Shown in pieces: positions 33,814 through 44,091 of a DNA stretch of 48,555 bases (its first letter is position 1; each line of letters starts with the position of its first letter). This stretch comes from a virus (lineage: Duplodnaviria > Caudoviricetes), in the IMG/VR virus record IMGVR_UViG_3300042363_000610, positions 1 to 48,555 of that record; one strand, 5' to 3'. Position numbers and translations under genes: made by a program. The notes below the pieces were generated by a model. The model made no database searches and had not been told where the DNA came from. It saw only the letters and a program-made list of their open reading frames with translations.

Positions 33814-36800
33814 ATGCAGTCGGTTGCCGATTACGAAGCCTGGAAAGCGAAACAGCAACAGGCGAGGGTGAAGGCGTCTGCATTCGTGATCGGCCAGTCT
33901 GACAAGAACCCGGATGAACTGGCCGGTGATCTGCAACTGGCCACTGATTTTGCCGCTGCGACCGGAAACCCCAAGCCTCCCGCGCCGATGGTTTCCGAAT
34001 ACCGGTCGGTGTTTCAGGCGGCTATCGAAAAGACGCGGGCAGAAACGATCCTGTCTTCTTCGCCGCGCCTGACGGATTGGCTGCGCGATCCTGAGAACGC
34101 AACGCTGGCGAAGGATGATCTCGACACGCTGTCGTGGTGGGAAAGCGCGGCTCTGGTGCCTCGGCGGCTGGCGGCTGGTGCTGGCCCCCGTCTGGCAAGC
34201 GGCGTCTACAATGCAATCGGTGTTGCCTCGGCCCTGCCCGGTGAAAACGCATTCAGCGACTTCTTTCTTGATGAAGCCGCGCGTCAAGCGGAGTTGGTCG
34301 ATGTGATCGGCGGGCCGACGGGTGGGTGGTTTAGTCAACAGGTGGCTGGCGCGGCTGAGGGCGTTGGCCTGTCTATTCCGGGGTTGGCTCTTTCTGCGCT
34401 GTCTGGCGGCACGGCAACCCCCGGCTTGGCCACGGCGCTTATCGCTCCCGGCGCGGTCGCGGTTGGTGGGCAGTCGGCGCGGGCTGGCCTTGATGCTGGC
34501 CTGTCGCCTGAGCGCGCGCTGCTCTACGGTTCGACCGATGCGGCGGCTGAAGCCCTGTTCGAACGTATCCCGGTCGGGCGGTTCTTGGGTGACATCGCGG
34601 AAGGCGCGGGCTTTGGGAAAATCCTCGTCAATCAGTTGGCGCGGGAAATCCCGACCGAAACGGCCACGACGCTGTTCCAGAATTTCAACGAATGGGTGAC
34701 GCTGAACCCTGACAAGACGGTTTCCGAATTCATCTCGGAACAGCCCGAAGCGATCCGCGATACCGTGGCCCAGACCTTCCTTGCGACCTTGGGTATGTCT
34801 GGCCTTGGCGCGGGCGTGTCGCGGCTGGCGCGGCTGTCTGAGGAACAGGCGCGGGCGCAGGATGCCGAAGCCCGCGTGGCGCTGTTTCAGGAACTGTCGG
34901 GGCAGGCGGTGGCGTCGAAGCTGCGGGCGCGGATGCCTGAGAGGTTCCGCGACTTCGTTGAACGCGCGACACAGAACGGGCCGGTCGAAAGCGTGTATGT
35001 TCCTGCCTCGGAATTCGCCTCGTATTTCCAGACTGCCGGGATTGACCCCTACGCGCTGGTCGATGAACTGGACGGCGTGACGCGGGATGATCTCGACGCG
35101 GCGCTGGCCGGTGGCGGCGATCTGAAAATCCCGACCGCGACCTATGCGGCAAAGATCGCCGGATCGGACCATGACGCCTTCCTGATGGAAAACATGCGGT
35201 TCGATCCTCTCGACATGACGGCACGGGAAGCGGCGGAATTTAACGCGCGCGCCGATGAGATCATGCAAGAGATGTGGGCCGAAGCCGAAGACATCCGGCA
35301 GGATGATGAACGCTGGCGGGCGGTCGAAGAGAAAATCCACGATGAAGTGGTGTCGCGCCTGCGGATGGCTGGCCTGTCCACGGAACGGGCGATGGCCGAA
35401 GTGCAGCCGATTGTGGCGTTCTACCGGACACGGGCCGCGCGGATGGGCCTCACGACTGAGGAATATCTTGAACGGCATCCGCTGCCCGGTATCCAGGGCG
35501 CAATCCCCCAGGGGATGCAGTTCAAGAACGTCGATGAACTGAACCGGACGCTGGCCGAAGCGCGCCGGTATCGCGCGCCTGCTCGGGACACGCGGCAGTC
35601 GCTGCTTGAATTTGTGGCTGACTACGGCGGGGTGAACGATCCCGGTGGCGAACTGAAGGCGCGGGATGCCGCTGTGATCAAGCGGCCTGGAAAGAAGACG
35701 CTGCGGCTGGCGCGCGACATGGGGCCTGAAGGGCAGGCGTCGATGTTCGGCTCTGCTGGCGGCAAGCGGTTCGGCGTCGATGATGTCGCCCAGGCCGCAA
35801 TCGAAGCCGGGTTCATGGCCGATAATCCGGTGGTGATTGCCTATAAGGCATCTCTGGAAGACGGAACGCAAGCCCCTGACATCACGCGGGCGTTCTGGGA
35901 TGCGGTCGATGCGGAACTGCGCGGTGATCGGCAGGCGTCGGATCAGGATGCCGCGCCGGTCGATACCGCATACCTGGATGAGATCGAAGGCTATCTGAAC
36001 CGGCTGGGCCTAGACCTGAACAATTCGGATGATGAAATCCGGCAGGCGATTGAGCGGGATCAGGCCGCGCCGGATCGGATGTATGCGCAGGATGGCCAGA
36101 TCGCCACGGAAAGCGCGGCGTTCAAGGCGTGGTTCGGCGATAGCAAGGTGGTCGATGCCGATGGGAAGCCGCTGGTGGTTTATCACGGGACGGCATCGGA
36201 TTTTGGGCAGTTTTCGAAGTCTGCTGATGCCAAGCATATCGACCTGCCTGGGTTCTTCTTCACGCCCGATGCGGCGATTGCGGATGGCTTTGCGGAAAGC
36301 GCAAGTCGTCGCCCGTTCCGCGACGATGCCGGATATATCGCTGGCTTTGAAGGCGCGACAGTCGTTCCTGTATATCTGTCGATCCAGAACCCGGCAGAGA
36401 TCAACTTGCCGGATCGGGAAACGGGCCGGATGTCTAGGGCTTCCGATGTTCGCGCCATGCTGGAACAAGCGCAGGCCGATGGACATGACGGCGCTGTGAT
36501 CCGTGGCTGGTCTGATGGAAGCGGCGATGTGCAGTATGTCGCCTTCTCCCCCACACAGATCAAATCCGTTTTCAACCGTGGGACGTTCGATCCTGCTGAT
36601 CCAAGGATACTTTTCCAATCCGCCTTCCACGGGTCGCCGCACCTGTTCGACAAATTCAGCCTGTCTGCCATAGGCGCGGGCGAAGGCGCGCAAGCGTTTG
36701 GCTGGGGTCTGTATTTCGCGGGGCGGAAAGAGATCGCGGAGTATTATCGGGACACGCTGGCCGGTAAAGGTCCTGAGATAAGCATTGATGGAAAACCTAC

Positions 36801-39800
36801 TTCCCGAATTGAATTGATCGATCAGATCAGCGCAGAACTTTCAAGCCGTGGGCTTGAGGCGAGAAACGCAAATTATGCGGCTTCTTGGATTGCCAGTAAG
36901 GTGCGGCAATCCGGCGCACAGTGGCGAAAAAATGCAATAGTTTTTGGCGATGATCCTGAAGCGCAAGCAAAGAAAATTGCTGTTGAATATATGAAAGGTA
37001 AAAAGGTCAAACTAAACACGGGCCGTCTCTACGAAGTCGAAATCCCTGACGATGCCGAACTGCTGAATTGGGATGCGCCGCTGAAGGATCAGCCGCCTGC
37101 CGTTCTCGAAAAGCTGCGCCCGCTGATGGATCGGTTCACGCCTGCCGATGATGCCCTTCTGGCAGAACTTGGGGTCGATGTTTCCAGCCCTGCGACCGGC
37201 AATGATCCTGTCATGGAAATGACGGGCGCGCAGTTCTATCAGGATTTGGCTGATCGCTCTGGGGCGCTGGATTGGCCGGTGGGGGCTGATGCCGCTCAAC
37301 GGCGTTCCTTTGTGGGCAACGCTCACCGTCGCGCCTCCGAAGCCCTGCGCGCTGCTGGCATTCCCGGCCATCGCTTCCTTGACGGCGGGTCGCGTGACAG
37401 CGGCGGCGGGTCTTTCAACTATGTGATATATGACGACAGCCGGGTTCAGGTGTCGCGGTTTGAGCAAGGGCCTCGCGGGCAGATCACCTTCAATCTGGAC
37501 GGGTCTTCGATGATCCGCCTGTTCGAAACTGCGAACCTCTCGACTGTGCAGCATGAGATGGGCCACCTGTTCCTGACCATGATGCAGCGCGACGTGGCGA
37601 CGGGCGATCAGGCGGCGGTGGCCGAATATGAGGTCATCAAGTCATGGTGGCGGGAAAGCGCGGCTGCGGTCGCGGCTGACGGCAACCGGGCGATGCCTGA
37701 TGCCAAGCTGACGGCTGAAGATGTCCAGCGGGCCATTGATACCGGCACGACAGGCGACATGATGAAGGATGCCGCCGTCGATGTCGGGATGCAGGAACAG
37801 TGGGCGCGGGGCTATGAAGCCTACCTGATGGAAGGCAAGGCTCCCAGCGTCGAACTGCGCGGCGTGTTCGAAAAATTCCGGTCGTGGCTGATCAGCGTGT
37901 ATCGGAACTTGGTCGGGCTGAACGTCAACATCTCGCCTGAAATTCGCGGCGTGTTCGACCGTATGCTTGCGACGGATGAAGAGATCGCCAAGGCGAAACA
38001 GGCATCCGGCGAAAATCGGCCGATCTTCACGACTGCGGAACAGATGGGTCTGACGCAGGAAGAATTCGACCGGCTGATGAAACTGCGGACGCAGGCCGAA
38101 GACGAGGCTACGGCGCGGTTGCAGCGTGAAATCATGGAACCGATCCGGCGCGAAGCCGAAAAGGAATACCGCGAAGAAAAAGCCAAGGTGACAGAGGATG
38201 TCACGCGGCGGCTGCGGCGGATGCCTGTCTATCGCGCGATCCAGGAAATGCGGTTTGGCAAGACGTTCGAAGGTGACGAAACCCCCGGCGTGAAGCTGGA
38301 TCGTGACGTGATCGAAGCGCAGTATGGCGCGGGCTATCTGCCGTTTCTTCCCGGCGCGACGAAAGACGGGAAGGGCCATAAGAACGCGGTGTTCACGAAT
38401 GAGGGCGGTATTCACCCTGACGTGGCGGCTGCGATGTATGGCTTCCAAACGGGCCGCGAATTGCTCGACATGATGAGCAACGCGCCCGCGCTGGATGTGG
38501 CGATCAAGGCCGAAGTCGAAGCGGAGATGTATCAGAAGCACGGCGATCCCCTGAATGATGGTGAGATCGAACGGAAGGCTCTGGAAGCCCTGCACAATGA
38601 CAAGCGCGGCGAATGGCTGGCGGCTGAGATGAAGGCGGTGGCGGAAGTCGCTGGGGTCGAAGTGGGCCTGACCGTGAAGGAAGCCCGCGCCACGGCGGCG
38701 ATGACGCTGGGCCGGATGAAGGTGCGTGACGCCCGCATGGCGATGCGGTTCCTCGCGGCGGAACGGAAGGCTGGTGAGGAAGCCCAGCGGATTGCGCGGG
38801 AACTTGGTCGTGAAAGCGTGTGGATGCAGAACGCCCGTCGCCGGATTGCGGTGAAGGCAAGGGCGGCGCTGCGGGATGACGGGACGGTGGATGCCGTCGC
38901 GGGCCAGATCGACCGGGCGAATGCCTCGACGGGGAACTATAACGAAACGGTCCAGAAGCTGATCGATGCCAAGCGTCGGCAGGTGATGAACCATGCCCTG
39001 TTCATGGAAAGCGTGAAACAGCGGGAAGCGACTGACAAGATCGTGGACCGCATGGCGAAGCTGAACCGGACCGATAAGAAGCTGTCGAAGTCGATCACGG
39101 TGGACCATGTGAAGGCGGCGCGGGCGATTGCCGCGAAGTTTGGTCTGGCGCGTCCTGACACGGAATTTGATTTCAACGCATGGCTGGAGCAGTTGGCGTT
39201 CGAAGACCCTATCCGTGCGGGCGCGCTGCAAGAGGCAATCGCTGCATGGGGCGAAGATGCCAAGGATTACCGCGATCTGACCGTCTCGGAACTTGGCGCG
39301 GTGGTGGACGGTATCGACAACGTGCTGGCGACGGGCAAGCGGTTTTCGGGGATCGAAACGGCTGGCAAGAGGATCGAACGGGATCAGGTCGTGGCCGAAC
39401 TGGTCGCGGTGCTGGATGAGCGCGGGTATCCTGAGAACGAAGCCATGTCGGGCCTGAAGTCGATCATGTCTGGCGCGAAGTCCCTGACCTCCTCGACGCG
39501 GGCGATGCTGCGCGTGGTGGAGACATGGGCGCGCACAATGGACAACGGGGAACAGGGGCCGTTTACCAATTACATCGTGCGGCCTGTCATGGATGCGCTG
39601 GGCGAGTATTTCGACAACCGGAACCGGCAGATGAAGGAACTGCTGGCGATTGTTGACGGCGCGAAAAAGATGACGGGGCAGGCGATCCCCGCGCCGGAAC
39701 TGCGGACAGCCGGGGCGCAACCGTTCACGTTCGAAAACAAGGCGAAGCTGATCCATGCGATCCTGCACACGGGGAACGAAAGCAACAAGGCGAAGCTGCT

Positions 39801-41607
39801 GATCGGCTGGGGTTTTTCTGACGGGTTCGTAAACCCCAAGCAGGCCATGACGGCGGCGGGGAAGCCTCGCGTGAAGCGGGACGGGACGCCTATTCTGACG
39901 AAGGGCGAACTGGACACGTCGCGCTGGGATGCGTTTCTGGACCGGATGATCCGCGAAGGCACGATCACGCCTGCGGACATCGATCTGGTGAACTCGATCT
40001 GGGCGGTGTTTGAAAAGACAAAGCGGCCCGCTCAGGCGACACACAAGAAGCTGAAGGGGTTCTACTTCAAGGAAATCGAAAACACGCCTTATGAAACTGC
40101 GGCTGGCGTTCTGAGGGGCGGGTATGTGCCTGCGATCATCGACAAGGATGCGTCTCTGGATGCGGGCCGTCAGGATGACATGCGGGCGCTGGATCAAAGC
40201 GCCACGTCGATGTTCCCGACCACAGGCGCGGGGTTCACGAAGTCGCGGGTTGAGAATTACCGGGAACCTCTGGAACTGAACCTGATGCTGCTGCCGTCTC
40301 ACCTGGATGATGTGCTGCGGTTCACCTATCTGGAACCCGCAATTCAGCAAACTGCGTCACTGGTGCGCGGGCGCGATCTGCGCGATCCGATGCAGCGGTT
40401 CGATGCGAACGTGGTCGGTGACACGATCATGCCGTGGCTGCAAAGGACGGCTTCCCGGTCGCTGAATGTTGCGAATGCCTCGCCTGCCAAGCGGAGATGG
40501 GGCCGCGCGATGGACCGTCTGCGCGGTCGGATCGGTGTGTCGATCATGTTCATGAACGTGATCAACACGGCGCAACAGGTCACGGGGCCGATTGTGGCGA
40601 TGTCGGAAGTCTCGCCGCGCCTGCTGGGGAACGCTCTGGTGCGGATGGTGAGCGGCGATGCTGCGAACATGCGGGCGGCGATCTCTGAAGCCTCGCCCTA
40701 CATGGCCGAACGGCTGCGGCTTGTGTCGAACGATACGCAGGTGGAACTGCGGGAACTGCTGACTGACCGGACGGTGTTTTCGGAAATCGACACGTTCACG
40801 CAAAAGCACGGCTACATCCTGCAATCGGCATTCCAGAACATGCTTGATCCGATTGTCTGGCACGGGGCCTATGATCAAGCGATCTCGCGCGGGATGTCGC
40901 ATGACGCGGCGGTGTTTGAGGCTGACAGCGCGGTTCGTCGAACCATGCCTGATAGCGCGCCTGAGAACGTCACGGCATTCGCGCAAGGCACGGTGACGTG
41001 GCGGATGATCACCATGTTCACATCGTTCTTCATCTCGCAGGCGAACTTGCTGGGCGGGCGGATGGACGTGATCCGGCGTCAAATGGGCTGGAACGGTGCG
41101 CCGCAAATGTTCTGGGCCTATCTGACGATCTTCGCCCTGCCTGCCATCGTGGCGCAGGCCATCGCTGATGGGGCGTCTGGGGCCGGTCCTGAAGACGAAG
41201 ACGAAGACGGGATGACGGATGAACTGCTTGCGTGGTTCGGTATCACGCAGTTGCGGTATGGCGCGGCGATGGTGCCTCTGTTCGGGCAGGCTGGGCTGAA
41301 GACGATCAACGCCTTCAATGACAACCCGGTGGATGATCGTCTGTCTGTCTCGCCCGTGGTGTCGGCGATTGAAACGGCAACGCGGATGCCTGGGTCTGTC
41401 TATGGCGCGGTCGCTGAAGACGGTTCGGCGCGGCGGGCTGTGGTGGACGGCCTGCAAGCTATTGGCCTGATCACGGGGATACCGACCGGGCAGCTTGGCC
41501 GAACGGTGGGCTATGGCGTGGGCGTGTCGGAAGATCGGTTCAGCCCGACCGGGCCAGTCGATGTGGTGCAGGGCGTGATCTCTGGGCGCGACGGGACTGA
41601 GCGGTGA
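33814..41607 (+). CDS. Large ejection/polyvalent protein (2597 aa) with two ART-like domains and an HExxH zincin-like domain
   Basis: FKAWFGDSKVVDADGKPLVVYHGT...QIKS; FHGSPHLFDKF...GEGAQAFGWGLYFA...NYVIYD; STVQHEMGH...EQWARGYEAY. Confidence 0.88.
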   Translation: MQSVADYEAWKAKQQQARVKASAFVIGQSDKNPDELAGDLQLATDFAAATGNPKPPAPMVSEYRSVFQAAIEKTRAETILSSSPRLTDWLRDPENATLAKDDLDTLSWWESAALVPRRLAAGAGPRLASGVYNAIGVASALPGENAFSDFFLDEAARQAELVDVIGGPTGGWFSQQVAGAAEGVGLSIPGLALSALSGGTATPGLATALIAPGAVAVGGQSARAGLDAGLSPERALLYGSTDAAAEALFERIPVGRFLGDIAEGAGFGKILVNQLAREIPTETATTLFQNFNEWVTLNPDKTVSEFISEQPEAIRDTVAQTFLATLGMSGLGAGVSRLARLSEEQARAQDAEARVALFQELSGQAVASKLRARMPERFRDFVERATQNGPVESVYVPASEFASYFQTAGIDPYALVDELDGVTRDDLDAALAGGGDLKIPTATYAAKIAGSDHDAFLMENMRFDPLDMTAREAAEFNARADEIMQEMWAEAEDIRQDDERWRAVEEKIHDEVVSRLRMAGLSTERAMAEVQPIVAFYRTRAARMGLTTEEYLERHPLPGIQGAIPQGMQFKNVDELNRTLAEARRYRAPARDTRQSLLEFVADYGGVNDPGGELKARDAAVIKRPGKKTLRLARDMGPEGQASMFGSAGGKRFGVDDVAQAAIEAGFMADNPVVIAYKASLEDGTQAPDITRAFWDAVDAELRGDRQASDQDAAPVDTAYLDEIEGYLNRLGLDLNNSDDEIRQAIERDQAAPDRMYAQDGQIATESAAFKAWFGDSKVVDADGKPLVVYHGTASDFGQFSKSADAKHIDLPGFFFTPDAAIADGFAESASRRPFRDDAGYIAGFEGATVVPVYLSIQNPAEINLPDRETGRMSRASDVRAMLEQAQADGHDGAVIRGWSDGSGDVQYVAFSPTQIKSVFNRGTFDPADPRILFQSAFHGSPHLFDKFSLSAIGAGEGAQAFGWGLYFAGRKEIAEYYRDTLAGKGPEISIDGKPTSRIELIDQISAELSSRGLEARNANYAASWIASKVRQSGAQWRKNAIVFGDDPEAQAKKIAVEYMKGKKVKLNTGRLYEVEIPDDAELLNWDAPLKDQPPAVLEKLRPLMDRFTPADDALLAELGVDVSSPATGNDPVMEMTGAQFYQDLADRSGALDWPVGADAAQRRSFVGNAHRRASEALRAAGIPGHRFLDGGSRDSGGGSFNYVIYDDSRVQVSRFEQGPRGQITFNLDGSSMIRLFETANLSTVQHEMGHLFLTMMQRDVATGDQAAVAEYEVIKSWWRESAAAVAADGNRAMPDAKLTAEDVQRAIDTGTTGDMMKDAAVDVGMQEQWARGYEAYLMEGKAPSVELRGVFEKFRSWLISVYRNLVGLNVNISPEIRGVFDRMLATDEEIAKAKQASGENRPIFTTAEQMGLTQEEFDRLMKLRTQAEDEATARLQREIMEPIRREAEKEYREEKAKVTEDVTRRLRRMPVYRAIQEMRFGKTFEGDETPGVKLDRDVIEAQYGAGYLPFLPGATKDGKGHKNAVFTNEGGIHPDVAAAMYGFQTGRELLDMMSNAPALDVAIKAEVEAEMYQKHGDPLNDGEIERKALEALHNDKRGEWLAAEMKAVAEVAGVEVGLTVKEARATAAMTLGRMKVRDARMAMRFLAAERKAGEEAQRIARELGRESVWMQNARRRIAVKARAALRDDGTVDAVAGQIDRANASTGNYNETVQKLIDAKRRQVMNHALFMESVKQREATDKIVDRMAKLNRTDKKLSKSITVDHVKAARAIAAKFGLARPDTEFDFNAWLEQLAFEDPIRAGALQEAIAAWGEDAKDYRDLTVSELGAVVDGIDNVLATGKRFSGIETAGKRIERDQVVAELVAVLDERGYPENEAMSGLKSIMSGAKSLTSSTRAMLRVVETWARTMDNGEQGPFTNYIVRPVMDALGEYFDNRNRQMKELLAIVDGAKKMTGQAIPAPELRTAGAQPFTFENKAKLIHAILHTGNESNKAKLLIGWGFSDGFVNPKQAMTAAGKPRVKRDGTPILTKGELDTSRWDAFLDRMIREGTITPADIDLVNSIWAVFEKTKRPAQATHKKLKGFYFKEIENTPYETAAGVLRGGYVPAIIDKDASLDAGRQDDMRALDQSATSMFPTTGAGFTKSRVENYREPLELNLMLLPSHLDDVLRFTYLEPAIQQTASLVRGRDLRDPMQRFDANVVGDTIMPWLQRTASRSLNVANASPAKRRWGRAMDRLRGRIGVSIMFMNVINTAQQVTGPIVAMSEVSPRLLGNALVRMVSGDAANMRAAISEASPYMAERLRLVSNDTQVELRELLTDRTVFSEIDTFTQKHGYILQSAFQNMLDPIVWHGAYDQAISRGMSHDAAVFEADSAVRRTMPDSAPENVTAFAQGTVTWRMITMFTSFFISQANLLGGRMDVIRRQMGWNGAPQMFWAYLTIFALPAIVAQAIADGASGAGPEDEDEDGMTDELLAWFGITQLRYGAAMVPLFGQAGLKTINAFNDNPVDDRLSVSPVVSAIETATRMPGSVYGAVAEDGSARRAVVDGLQAIGLITGIPTGQLGRTVGYGVGVSEDRFSPTGPVDVVQGVISGRDGTER

Positions 41608-41677
41608 CGCTGGCCGCGCTGGTGATTTAGGCCGCAACCTTTGGCGGTCATAGTGCCTCGGAACACAAGGGGGTGCT

Positions 41678-43522
41678 ATGACCGTTCCCAGCGCGATCAA
41701 TAAATCTGGACCCTATACGGGGAACGGTGTCACGACATCGTTCGCCTATGGGTTTCGCATTCTGGACGCCTCGCACATTCGGGTGGTGCGGACTGAAAAC
41801 GGGATCGACACGATCCTGACTTCCGGGTTCACAGTGACGGGCGTAGGTGCTGCTGGCGGGTCTGTGGTGTTCTCTGTCGCCCCCACGGCGACGCAAACGA
41901 TCACGCTGATCAGGAACGCGCCGTTCACTCAACAGACCGATCTTGAAAATCAGGGTGCGTATTACGCTCAGACCATCGAAGACGCGCTTGATCTCGGCGT
42001 CATGCGGGATCAGCAACTTCAGGAACAGGTGGATCGGTCGGTGAAAATCCCGGTCGGCGCTGCGACGTTCGATCTGGATGCGCTGGTGAATGACATCGTG
42101 CGCGTGGCCGATAGCGTGGCGGCGGTCGATACCGTGGCGTCGAATATCGCTGATGTGGGGATCGTGGCCGATAACATCGCTGATGTCGGGATCGTGGCCG
42201 ATAATCTGGCCGATGTGACGAATTTCGCGGATGTGTATCAGGGGCCGAAGGCGGTCGCGCCTGTGCTGCGAAACAACGGGTCGCCCTTGCTGTCGGGTGA
42301 TCTGTATTTCGATACCGTCGATAACCGGATGAAAGTCAGGGCAAGCGCGGCATGGGTGAATGCGGCGTCTTCGGTGAACGGGATGATTGCCCAATATGCC
42401 TACACCGCCACGGCAGGCCAGACCGTGTTTGCCGCTGTGTATGACATCGGGTTCGTGACGGTCTATCTGAACGGCGTGAAGCTGGTTTCGGGCGATGATT
42501 TCACTGCCCTGAACGGCACGTCGATCACGCTGGCGACGGGCGCGGCTGTCGGTGACAGTATCGAGATCATTGGGTTCGGCGCGTTCGCCACGGCTGACAT
42601 GCTTCAGAAGTCGCAGAACGGCGCTGATATTCCCGACAAGGCGGCGTTTCGGGCGGCTCTTGGGATCAACGGCATCGGTTCGGAAACCGCCCCCACGATT
42701 ACGAACCTCAACACGCTGACGGTGGCGGGGGAGTATTTCGCGGCATCGGGGGCTACAGGTTCGCCCAATTCCGAACCGATCATCGTGAAGATGCTTGCCG
42801 CCGATGCGACGACGCGGGCGGAGCAGGTGGTCACGGGGCTTACCACGGGGCGCAAGTGGTGGCGGATTGAGACTGCTTCTGTCTGGGGCGCTTGGAATGA
42901 GTATCAGCGCGTCAATCCCGCCACCTTGACCGCAGAAGGCACCGCAAACGCAGGCTTCGCAGGCGGTTTCGCTGGTCGCAACAACGGCGGTGGGGTTGGC
43001 ACGGGGGTCTTTTTCGACGCCAACATCCGCGGTTCAACTGTCGGTGGGATGCACGTCACTGACGACAGCGAGTTTGGTTCAGCCGTGCGACTGCTGGCAA
43101 ACCGCACGGGCGTGTCTGATGGTGATCGCAGGTTCACAGCGTATCTCGTTGACCGCAATGCGGGGCAATTCACCGCGCATCTGGGCGCACCTGCCACCCT
43201 GCTCCCAAAATTCGACTGCCGCGCATGGGTGAACTTCAACGGCACCAACGGGGCAATCCGCGCATCGGGCAACGTGTCGTCTGTCGTGCGGAATGGCGTG
43301 GGGGATTATACGGTGAACTTCGCCGCGGCGATGCCGGATGCGAATTATGGGGTGATGCTCACTGGAAACACCGATATCCCTTCGGGTTCGGACTTCGGCG
43401 TTATTCCGGTTATCCATCCGACCGTGGCGCAAACAACTTCATCCGTCCGCATACTTTGCGCGTTTACAGGAAACGGCAGTCTTTTTGACATTAGTCAAGT
43501 CCACGTCGCCATTTTCCGCTGA
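41678..43522 (+). CDS. Tail fibre protein (T7 gp17-like N-terminal anchor)
   Basis: YTGNGVTTSFAYGF...IEDALD; YTATAGQTVF...VYLNGVKL; C-terminal RAWVNFNG...NVSSV.RNGVGDYTVNF. Confidence 0.9.
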   Translation: MTVPSAINKSGPYTGNGVTTSFAYGFRILDASHIRVVRTENGIDTILTSGFTVTGVGAAGGSVVFSVAPTATQTITLIRNAPFTQQTDLENQGAYYAQTIEDALDLGVMRDQQLQEQVDRSVKIPVGAATFDLDALVNDIVRVADSVAAVDTVASNIADVGIVADNIADVGIVADNLADVTNFADVYQGPKAVAPVLRNNGSPLLSGDLYFDTVDNRMKVRASAAWVNAASSVNGMIAQYAYTATAGQTVFAAVYDIGFVTVYLNGVKLVSGDDFTALNGTSITLATGAAVGDSIEIIGFGAFATADMLQKSQNGADIPDKAAFRAALGINGIGSETAPTITNLNTLTVAGEYFAASGATGSPNSEPIIVKMLAADATTRAEQVVTGLTTGRKWWRIETASVWGAWNEYQRVNPATLTAEGTANAGFAGGFAGRNNGGGVGTGVFFDANIRGSTVGGMHVTDDSEFGSAVRLLANRTGVSDGDRRFTAYLVDRNAGQFTAHLGAPATLLPKFDCRAWVNFNGTNGAIRASGNVSSVVRNGVGDYTVNFAAAMPDANYGVMLTGNTDIPSGSDFGVIPVIHPTVAQTTSSVRILCAFTGNGSLFDISQVHVAIFR

Positions 43523-43532
43523 GGACACACCC

Positions 43533-44030
43533 ATGCAAATCATCATCTACCCTAACACCCTCGGCAAAATCGTCATCGTCAGCCCCGCGCCTGATGCCGA
43601 CATTGCAGAGGTCGCCGCCGCCGTGGTTCCTGCCGACACCCCGCACCGCATCATCGACAGCGACGATCTGCCGCCCGCGTCCGATTGGCTGTGGAGCGAC
43701 GAGGGGCCGATACTTGCCGCACCGCCTCCCCCGCCTGCACTCCCCGAAGAAGTCTCCCGCTTCCAAGCCCGCGCGGCGCTGATCATCTATGGTTCTCAGA
43801 TCGGTCGCCCGAACCTTCTCGTTGAGGCTGACGCTGTTCTGACGGCGCTTCAGCCGGGGCAGTTCGGCTTGTCGATGCTTCAGATCGAAGTGGCGCGGGA
43901 AGCATGGTTGACGGCGCAGGTCATCCGGCGCGATAGCCCGACACTGAACCTTCTGTTCCCGGCGCTGGGGCTGTCACTGCCGGAAGAACGTGACGCGATC
44001 TTCGTCATCGCTGCGGGGATCGTGGCATGA
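43533..44030 (+). CDS. Tail-fibre-associated (chaperone-like) protein
   Basis: GAGGA SD; VPADTPHRIIDSDDLP domain joined by poly-Pro to a VSRFQARAAL domain. Confidence 0.7.
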   Translation: MQIIIYPNTLGKIVIVSPAPDADIAEVAAAVVPADTPHRIIDSDDLPPASDWLWSDEGPILAAPPPPPALPEEVSRFQARAALIIYGSQIGRPNLLVEADAVLTALQPGQFGLSMLQIEVAREAWLTAQVIRRDSPTLNLLFPALGLSLPEERDAIFVIAAGIVA

Positions 44031-44091
44031 GTGACGATCTGAAAACTCCTGATGAAATCTGCTTCGCTGCCGCCACATATGGATTTGTCTG

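Noticed and set aside
37642-40350. Long antisense ORFs (also 8190..10073, 21745..23187, 31243..33327, 33754..35871, 40357..41700)
   Set aside because: They mirror well-supported plus-strand genes, as expected from high-GC codon bias, and have no recognisable motifs.
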